Shown here: one piece after another, positions 36,676 to 43,213 of the stretch
How the letters are laid out: the number at the start of each line of letters is the position of its first letter
How positions within the stretch are numbered: the stretch's first letter is position 1
Virus record (IMG/VR): IMGVR_UViG_3300009678_001574
Strand: one strand, 5' to 3'
DNA from: a virus
Length of the DNA: 43,213 nucleotides
Translations under genes and position numbers: made by a program
Notes under the pieces: generated by a model
The model's database searches: none
Told to the model about the DNA's origin: nothing
What the model saw: the letters and a program-made list of their open reading frames with translations, nothing else

Positions 36676-37300
36676 TATTTCGCACACAGTACCGCACGCA
36701 ACACCATTCGTAGATTTTAGTATGCAATTCAGCCTCGCCAAGAATAACGAGCGAGTAGAGCGCTGTATATTTGAATCGCTTCAAGAATTGGCAAGAGAAG
36801 TTGCTTTGGGCAAACAAAAATCATTAGGCTCTATAGTTGTGCTAGGTGATTTTGAAAAATTTGGCCCTAGAATAGATGGCATGGTTCAAATGAAGCCAAA
36901 GCAAAACCCTGTTGAAAGTTTAAGAATATTTGATTCGACACATGGTGCAGCTTACATTAAAGAATTTTCTATTTCGCCTTTCGATGGTGCGATGGTAGTA
37001 GATAAGACTGGCCAAATTATAGGCGCAGGTGTGTACTTGGTTGTAGAAGATCCAACACTAGATACGCCAGAAGATTGTGGTACGAGACACAAAGCCGCTG
37101 CCAGTTTCTCTAGAAGGGACGATGTAATTTCCGTATTGACGTTGAGTGAAGAAACCAACACAGTACGAATTTGGCAACATGGCAAGGTCAAAGAAGTGTA
37201 TAGAACAAATGAGGTGGTTGCGGAAGAGAGAGAAGAAAAGGCAACCAAGAAAAAGAAAGCCAGCGGTAAGATGCAGACAGTTGAGGAGAGTAAGGAATGA
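36659..37300 (+). CDS. Stand-alone diadenylate cyclase (DAC/DisA_N) domain protein
   Basis: ELARE…LGSIVVLGD, FDGAMVV (DGA), GTRHKAA (RHR-like), LSEETNTVRIW..G. Confidence 0.88.
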   Translation: MEETNNISHTVPHATPFVDFSMQFSLAKNNERVERCIFESLQELAREVALGKQKSLGSIVVLGDFEKFGPRIDGMVQMKPKQNPVESLRIFDSTHGAAYIKEFSISPFDGAMVVDKTGQIIGAGVYLVVEDPTLDTPEDCGTRHKAAASFSRRDDVISVLTLSEETNTVRIWQHGKVKEVYRTNEVVAEEREEKATKKKKASGKMQTVEESKE

Positions 37301-37941
37301 GCCAGATAATATCAAATTCAGAAGTAATGAAGTTGTTCAGAGATGCAGATGAAATCAAAGCTGACGCACAACTTACAGAGGCTCAAAAGAAAGACAAAGT
37401 TGAAAACATTCATAACAAGATAATCAAAGAGTTATCTTTTTTAGTTTACAACGGAGCTAAGTCTTATAGAAAATTTCCCAACTACGAAGACCTCGTACAA
37501 GAAGGTTTCATAGGCTTGTTAAAAGCTGTAAGAAAATTCGAACATGCACGATTTCCAAACTTTTTCGTGTATGCTGAACAATGGATAAGACACCGCATCA
37601 AGAACTCTGCGAGTCGCTTCGATGTAGTGTATAATCCTAATAAGCAGAGAGTAGTGTATGCCGATGACCTTGGAGACAGTGTTGAAGAGGAAACGGAATT
37701 TACACCAGAAGATGTGTATTTTGAAGTAGAGAAGAAGGAAAGCATAAAGAAAGTTTTAGACGAATTCCCAGAACGCGAGCGAGAAATTGTGAAAAGAATA
37801 TTTGGATTAGACGATCATTCTCCACAGACCTTACGTGAAATAGGGCCCGATTTTGATATCACCTATGAACGCATTCGTCAAATTAAGAACAATGTAATTT
37901 CTAAACTAAGAAAAAATCAGAGACTTAATGATTTATGCTAA
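37297..37941 (+). CDS. RNA polymerase sigma70-family factor (regions 2 and 4)
   Basis: EDLVQEGFIGLLKAVRKF, F..YA..WIR, and region 4 REREIV…FGL…TLREIG..FDITYERIRQI…KLR. Confidence 0.93.
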   Translation: MSQIISNSEVMKLFRDADEIKADAQLTEAQKKDKVENIHNKIIKELSFLVYNGAKSYRKFPNYEDLVQEGFIGLLKAVRKFEHARFPNFFVYAEQWIRHRIKNSASRFDVVYNPNKQRVVYADDLGDSVEEETEFTPEDVYFEVEKKESIKKVLDEFPEREREIVKRIFGLDDHSPQTLREIGPDFDITYERIRQIKNNVISKLRKNQRLNDLC

Positions 37942-38002
37942 AATAGCCGCTATCAGTAGATAGTATGGCACAGGTGTATTTTTTCTAGGAGATTTTGGTA
38001 AA

Positions 38003-40429
38003 ATGTACAAACGAGATGAGGTTTTAGAAGCATCCCTACAATATTTTAATGGTGACGAGTTAGCAGCAAATGTATTCGCAACTAAATATGCTTTGAAAGA
38101 CAAAGAGGGTAATTATTTAGAAAAGACCCCAACAGATATGCATAACCGCTTGGCGAAAGAATTCGCTAGAATGGAGAGCAAATTCGGTGGCAAGAGAGCC
38201 TTAACCGAAGAACAGATTTTTGAACAGATGGATCATTTCCGTTATATAGTTCCGCAAGGTTCTCCTATGATGGGCATTGGCAATAACCATATTAATGTAT
38301 CGTTATCCAATTGTGTAGTCGTTGCCTCGCCGCAAGATACAATTTCTTCTATTATCGATTCAGGAAAAGAATTAGCCAATCTATTTAAACGTAGATGTGG
38401 CGTAGGTCTAGATATCTCTGACCTTCGACCAGAAGGTACACCCGTCAGCAACTCGGCCGGCACTACAACTGGTGCCTGGTCGTTTGCCGATTTCTATTCT
38501 TATGTTTGTAGAATGATTGGTCAGAACAATCGACGTGGCGCTTTGATGATATCTATGGACGTAAGACATCCTGATATATTTAAATTCGTTACTATGAAGA
38601 ATGACTTGAAGAAAGTCACTGGTGCTAATGTTTCTATTAGAATCACTGACGACTTTATGAGCGCAGTAGAGGGCGATGAAGAATTTACCCTGCGCTTTCC
38701 TATTGATTCTGCCAAGCCAAAGTTTACAACCACTATCAAGGCCAAAGAATTATGGAATGCTATTGTTACTTCAGCTACTAATTTTGCTGAACCTGGTCTA
38801 CTGATGTGGGACAATATCCTTAGATTTATGCCAGCAGAATCATATGCTGACGTTGGCTTCAAAACCATTAGTACTAATCCTTGCTCTGAAATTCCCCTTT
38901 CAGCATACGATAGTTGTCGCTTGATTTCCGTATGCCTGAAGCACTTTGTTAAAAATAAGTTCACAAGGAAAGCCTATTTTGATTTTGAGCAACTAGCAAA
39001 AGTTATCTCTATGGCACAACGCCTATCAGATGACTTAGTAGAGCTAGAAGTTGAAAAGCTGGAAAATATCATGGCTGTATCGGATACGCCAGATGAAAAG
39101 GCAATGTGGAATAAGTTATTAACTGCGTGTAGAAATGGTCGTCGCACTGGTCTAGGAACTCATGGCCTTGCTGACGCCCTAGCTTGCTTATGCTTACGCT
39201 ACGATTCAGATGAAGCTCTCGCTATGGTAGATAAAATATATGAGGCTCTAAAGATTTCTTCATACACTGAGAGTGTCGAGTTAGCAAAAGAGCGTGGAGC
39301 ATTTCCTGTTTGGGATTGGAATAAAGAAAAGAGTAACGAGTTTATACAATCGCTTCCAGAATCTCTTCAGGCACTTATAGCTAAGTATGGCCGTCGCAAT
39401 ATTGCCAATCTTACTAACGCTCCAACCGGAAGTGTTTCAATTGAATCACAATCTAGCTCCGGCGGCGAATCGGTATTCAGAAATTCATATGTGAGACGCA
39501 AGAAACGCAATCACAATGAGGCCTCGCTACCAACAGATTTCGTGGATGATATTGGGGATCGTTGGCAGGAGTTTAGAGTATTTCATCACAACGTAAAAGA
39601 ATATTTGGATATGCACAACTTAAGTATTGATGCTGAATTGCCAGATTACTTCGTAGAAAGTGATAACATCGACTGGATACGCAGGGTAGAAGTTCAGGCA
39701 GCTATGCAGAAGCATATTGATCATGCTATATCTAGCACCATTAATTTGCCAAAAGGTACTAACCCAGAAATTGTTGGCAATATATATTTTGAGGGTTGGA
39801 AGCGTGGGCTAAAGGGTATAACTGTATATGTAGATGGCAGTCGTTCCGGCGTACTGATTTCTGATAAGAAGAAAGAAGAGGTTAAATTCGCTCACCATGA
39901 CGCACCAAAACGCCCACAAGAAATGCCCTGCAATATACATAATGTTACTATTAAGGGCGAGAAATGGACTATCTTGGTTGGACTAATGGATGGAAAGCCA
40001 TATGAAGTATTCGGTGGTCTTTCTAATCTTATAGAAATACCCAAGCAATATACATCTGGCGTAATTTCCAAGCACCCATCAAGTACTAAAACTCAAAGCC
40101 GATACGATTTATTCTTTGGTGATGACGGTGCTGTTAAGGACATAACCAATGTATTTGATAATATTGCCAATCAGGTTCATACACGAATGATTTCCTTGGC
40201 TTTACGACATGGGGCTAAACCATCCTTTTTAGTTGAGCAATTATTAAAGGATCCAGATAACGACCTAACAAGTTTCTCAAAGGTTTTGTCTCGTGTATTG
40301 AAAAAGTACATTGAAGATGGTACCAAAGTTACCTCTGATAAGAGTTGCCCCACTTGCAGTGCTGATGCCCTTGTATATCAAGAAGGCTGCGTAACTTGTG
40401 GTGTTTGCGGCTACTCAAAGTGCAGTTAA
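38003..40429 (+). CDS. nrdJ: Class II (adenosylcobalamin-dependent) ribonucleotide reductase
   Basis: LSNC, GVGLDISDLRP, RRGALM, TNPCSEI, RRTGLG, APTGS, ISSTINLP, KGITVYVDGSR, C-terminal CPTC…EGCVTC..CGYSKC. No beta-subunit gene adjacent. Confidence 0.92.
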   Translation: MYKRDEVLEASLQYFNGDELAANVFATKYALKDKEGNYLEKTPTDMHNRLAKEFARMESKFGGKRALTEEQIFEQMDHFRYIVPQGSPMMGIGNNHINVSLSNCVVVASPQDTISSIIDSGKELANLFKRRCGVGLDISDLRPEGTPVSNSAGTTTGAWSFADFYSYVCRMIGQNNRRGALMISMDVRHPDIFKFVTMKNDLKKVTGANVSIRITDDFMSAVEGDEEFTLRFPIDSAKPKFTTTIKAKELWNAIVTSATNFAEPGLLMWDNILRFMPAESYADVGFKTISTNPCSEIPLSAYDSCRLISVCLKHFVKNKFTRKAYFDFEQLAKVISMAQRLSDDLVELEVEKLENIMAVSDTPDEKAMWNKLLTACRNGRRTGLGTHGLADALACLCLRYDSDEALAMVDKIYEALKISSYTESVELAKERGAFPVWDWNKEKSNEFIQSLPESLQALIAKYGRRNIANLTNAPTGSVSIESQSSSGGESVFRNSYVRRKKRNHNEASLPTDFVDDIGDRWQEFRVFHHNVKEYLDMHNLSIDAELPDYFVESDNIDWIRRVEVQAAMQKHIDHAISSTINLPKGTNPEIVGNIYFEGWKRGLKGITVYVDGSRSGVLISDKKKEEVKFAHHDAPKRPQEMPCNIHNVTIKGEKWTILVGLMDGKPYEVFGGLSNLIEIPKQYTSGVISKHPSSTKTQSRYDLFFGDDGAVKDITNVFDNIANQVHTRMISLALRHGAKPSFLVEQLLKDPDNDLTSFSKVLSRVLKKYIEDGTKVTSDKSCPTCSADALVYQEGCVTCGVCGYSKCS

Positions 40430-40430
40430 T

Positions 40431-40634
40431 GTGGGAATTACTTTAGACGAAATGATAGGTTTGCCGCCAGATATTAGATTATACAACGGTGGCTCTAGAT
40501 GTGATTTGATGTTTGGCCCCTGTGCTTGTGGAGCCTGGCATCACGAAGACGATACATATAATGTGGATGCTATAAAGCGCCAATATTTATATTTTTTAAT
40601 AGTGGAGAAAGATAATGGTAAGAGTAGAGTTTAA
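40431..40634 (+). CDS. Small hypothetical protein with a Cys/His metal-binding motif
   Basis: CD…GPCACGAWH; start uncertain. Confidence 0.55.
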   Translation: MGITLDEMIGLPPDIRLYNGGSRCDLMFGPCACGAWHHEDDTYNVDAIKRQYLYFLIVEKDNGKSRV

Positions 40635-41094
40635 GAAATTATACGAAGACAGCACATTGCCAAAGAAGGCACACGAGTCCGATGCTGGATTTGATTTACA
40701 TGCTCATTCAGTTAAGTTTGAATTAGGCGATAATGATTTAAAGAGTGCATTTGGATTTACTTTACAACCAGGAAAACAAGCATTGATTAAATGTGGATTT
40801 GGAATGGCACTACCAATTGGTTTTGAGGGACAGGTTAGACCTCGCTCTGGATTGGCCTTAAAACATGGTATAAGTGTTGTAAATAGTCCGGGCACCATAG
40901 ACGCTGGCTACCGAAATGAAGTTGGTGTAATCCTTATTAATCACGGAACTAAGCCCTTCTTACTCAATAAGGGCGATCGCATAGCGCAATTGGTTATACA
41001 GAAACTACCTGACGTAGAGGTTGTGGAAGTTCAAGAGCTTTCTAATCCCAGCGAACGGGGCCAAGCAGGATTTGGCTCAACTGGAGTAGGCTAA
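40615..41094 (+). CDS. dut: Trimeric dUTPase
   Basis: All five motifs: AGFDL, RPRSG, GTIDAGYR, RIAQL, RG..GFGSTG. Confidence 0.97.
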   Translation: MVRVEFKKLYEDSTLPKKAHESDAGFDLHAHSVKFELGDNDLKSAFGFTLQPGKQALIKCGFGMALPIGFEGQVRPRSGLALKHGISVVNSPGTIDAGYRNEVGVILINHGTKPFLLNKGDRIAQLVIQKLPDVEVVEVQELSNPSERGQAGFGSTGVG

Positions 41095-41121
41095 ATACCT
41101 GATAAGAGTGTATAATTATAT

Positions 41122-41502
41122 ATGGGCGACACTATTTTATGCAATATCTCAGATGCTAACCAAGTAATCAATGAAGCTAGAGAACTATGGACACAGGAAG
41201 TGTTATTGAGTCTTGGTGTTACAGAAGAAATATTAGAGCTAGCTAAAAATAATATACAAGAGTTTAGATATCGAATCGAAGAGATAGGTGTTGAGGTAGA
41301 GTTTAGAGGCGGCGAAGTAGATGTTTATAAAAAGAAATGGCATAATGATCCAAACCCAGAATTGTGTGGTTGGCTACCATCCGAGAAAGTACATCTAGTG
41401 GCACAGTGGAAAGAACCAAACAAATTGAGGAAGGTCGAGGGCAGAGACGTGTATTATGAAATTCATCTAAATAACTGGTCGATGCTTAATTCGAGGCTTT
41501 AA
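41122..41502 (+). CDS. Hypothetical protein (126 aa)
   Basis: ORF after an AT-rich gap; TAATG-coupled to the next gene. Confidence 0.65.
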   Translation: MGDTILCNISDANQVINEARELWTQEVLLSLGVTEEILELAKNNIQEFRYRIEEIGVEVEFRGGEVDVYKKKWHNDPNPELCGWLPSEKVHLVAQWKEPNKLRKVEGRDVYYEIHLNNWSMLNSRL

Positions 41503-41969
41503 TGAGTAATTTTTATATTAAGAATAAAAAGGGAGAGTTTGTTCCTATTGCGTTAAGCAGTATAATAAACAAAGATTTGAACAACCGTCTCGTGATAGTA
41601 AAGGTTGGTGATGATACTCATCGCGCAACCGAAAATGATTTAGATCGTACAGAAGAAAGTTTTGCAAAGGCTGAAGTGATTAATGATTTAGATAACGTAA
41701 GCTTAATAATTACGCCTTATCAAGTTAATATTTCAGTTGAAGATAAATCCAATATGGAGGACAAAAACATTTACATCCAAATTTCTAGTGGTGATGATAT
41801 AACAGCGTTAGAAGAACAATCTCGTAAGTTGTATAAAAAGCTTAAACGAAATTTTGAAAACGTAGTTATACTTCCTTCACCATTAAAGTTGAAGGACTAC
41901 CGGCAAGTAAAAGAAGTCCTCAAGCGTTGTAAAATTAGACGTGAGAGGAGAGCAAGAGTAAAGGGCTAA
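41502..41969 (+). CDS. Hypothetical protein (155 aa) with an Arg-rich C-terminus
   Basis: Coupled ORF with GAGG SD. Confidence 0.65.
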   Translation: MSNFYIKNKKGEFVPIALSSIINKDLNNRLVIVKVGDDTHRATENDLDRTEESFAKAEVINDLDNVSLIITPYQVNISVEDKSNMEDKNIYIQISSGDDITALEEQSRKLYKKLKRNFENVVILPSPLKLKDYRQVKEVLKRCKIRRERRARVKG

Positions 41970-42006
41970 AACATATTTTTATATATGCCAAGGAGAGTCC
42001 CCCTAA

Positions 42007-43213
42007 ATGAGCAAAATTTATATTCTAGATACAAATGTTTTATTGCACGACCCAAAATCACTTACAGCATTTGCAGACAATGAAGTAGTAATTCCTCTAG
42101 TAGTATTAGACGAATTAGATAAGAAAAAAGTAGGACAGGATGAAGTAGCACGAAACGCAAGAATGGCAATCAGAACTCTTGATCAAATGAGAGAACTGGG
42201 CAGCATTCATAAAGGCGTTAAGACTACTCAAGGTGGTTTAGTAAGAGTTGAGTTGAACCATCGTGAGTTTATACCTCAAGACTTAGATCCTAGCCGCGCT
42301 GATAATCGTATTATTAGTGTAGCACTTGGGTTGATGAAAGACCACCCAAGACGTAAAGTTACAATAGTTACTAAAGACATAAACCTACGAGTAAAGTGTG
42401 ACGCGCTTGAAGTCTATGCAGAAGATTATGATACTGATTCTGTAGCAGACGACGCCAACGCTATATTTTCTGGCTTCTCTGAAATCGTAACTACAACCGA
42501 AATGATAGACAATCTGTACAAAGATGGTTTTGTTGATGCATCTGAGCTGGGTTCATTCCAGCCCAATGAGTATGCCTTATTAAGATCGGGCGTACAAAAG
42601 CATTCAGCCCTGGTTAAACTCCAAGGCACCAACTTTGTTAAGATTCGCCCATCAACGAGTGTTTGGGGCATTTCACCCAGAAATAAAGAACAGGCTTTCG
42701 CTATGGATGCTTTGTTCGACCCAAATATTAAATTGGTTACTATGATTGGTCGTGCCGGTTCGGGTAAAACCCTACTAGCGGCGGCCGCTGGTATTTCCCA
42801 GATTATGGATAGCCACACTTATAGGAAGTTAATCTTAACACGTCCTATCCAGCCATTGGGTAGAGACATCGGCTTCTTGCCAGGTGATATTGATGATAAG
42901 ATGAAGCCTTGGATGGCTCCTTTGCAGGACAATCTTGAATTGTTGTTCTCTGAAAAGGGCAAGCACTACATTGACATGCTCAAAGAATCTGACCAGATAG
43001 AAATTGAGGCCCTAACCTATATAAGAGGGCGTTCTATCCCACGGTCATTCATCATTGTCGATGAGTGCCAGAACTTAACCTTACACGAGGCCAAGACTAT
43101 TTTGACTCGTATTGGTGAAGGTTCAAAGGTAATTCTAACAGGTGATATCTTACAGATAGATAATCCGTACATTGACTCTGTTGATAACGGCTTGTCTTGC
43201 GTAGTAGAGAAGT
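42007..43213 (+). CDS. phoH: PIN-domain PhoH-family ATPase (PhoH2/YlaK type), truncated by the window end
   Basis: Translated by hand (absent from the track): MSKIYILDTNVLLHDP, VLDELD, ADNRI, TKDINLRVK, GRAGSGKT, IGFLPG, IRGRS, VDECQN; AAGGAG SD at 41990. Confidence 0.93.
   Translation, partial: MSKIYILDTNVLLHDPKSLTAFADNEVVIPLVVLDELDKKKVGQDEVARNARMAIRTLDQMRELGSIHKGVKTTQGGLVRVELNHREFIPQDLDPSRADNRIISVALGLMKDHPRRKVTIVTKDINLRVKCDALEVYAEDYDTDSVADDANAIFSGFSEIVTTTEMIDNLYKDGFVDASELGSFQPNEYALLRSGVQKHSALVKLQGTNFVKIRPSTSVWGISPRNKEQAFAMDALFDPNIKLVTMIGRAGSGKTLLAAAAGISQIMDSHTYRKLILTRPIQPLGRDIGFLPGDIDDKMKPWMAPLQDNLELLFSEKGKHYIDMLKESDQIEIEALTYIRGRSIPRSFIIVDECQNLTLHEAKTILTRIGEGSKVILTGDILQIDNPYIDSVDNGLSCVVEK

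Noticed and set aside
37942-38002. Cobalamin riboswitch or NrdR box upstream of nrdJ
   Set aside because: The gap is only 61 nt, too short for the riboswitch, and has no NrdR consensus.
27483-40429. Inteins or introns in dnaB and nrdJ
   Set aside because: Lengths (468 and 808 aa) and motif spacing are normal; no splice-junction or LAGLIDADG motifs were seen.
896-42818. All minus-strand ORFs in the track (e.g. 16138-16776, 24061-24552, 38521-38964, 42426-42818)
   Set aside because: Each lies antisense to a well-supported + strand gene and shows no recognisable motif; treated as shadow ORFs.
1-43213. CRISPR array, IS element, integrase or long repeats
   Set aside because: Intergenic gaps are all under about 80 nt; no repeat-spacer pattern or transposase/integrase motifs were seen by eye.
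1-43213. Stop-codon reassignment, as seen in some large phages
   Set aside because: Conserved genes are uninterrupted under code 11, and TAA, TAG and TGA all end genes at expected positions.

Overview
This window is best read as part of a large ('jumbo/huge') dsDNA bacteriophage genome. That is an inference: about 60 tightly packed genes all lie on the + strand, many coupled by ATGA/TAATG overlaps, short orphan ORFs sit between enzyme genes, and there are no ribosomal or structural genes in the window. Layout: (1) about 0.1-22.4 kb is a glycan synthesis and decoration island (PseH-like GNAT, cytidylyltransferase, short NeuB, two methyltransferases, two GT2, two GT4, a GT-B/TagF-like transferase, sulfotransferase, deacetylase, epimerase, short Ugd, cupin, HNH-RmlA fusion, RmlB, RmlD). 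It also holds a tRNA-Thr(GGU), a DUF1207-like outer-membrane protein, thioredoxin and a free-standing HNH nuclease. (2) A tubulin/FtsZ-family GTPase follows, then an intrinsic terminator. (3) A replication block contains an SF2 helicase, a DnaC-like loader, DnaB and a HAD-IIB phosphomannomutase. (4) About 30.2-37.9 kb is the most unusual part: PrkA/YeaG, YeaH and SpoVR interleaved with small ORFs (one a minimal P-loop protein), followed by a YpsA-like SLOG protein, a stand-alone diadenylate cyclase (DAC) domain and a sigma70-family factor with altered promoter-contact residues. (5) Class II ribonucleotide reductase, dUTPase and a PIN-PhoH gene that runs off the window end. All family calls come from motifs recognised by eye; no database searches were run.
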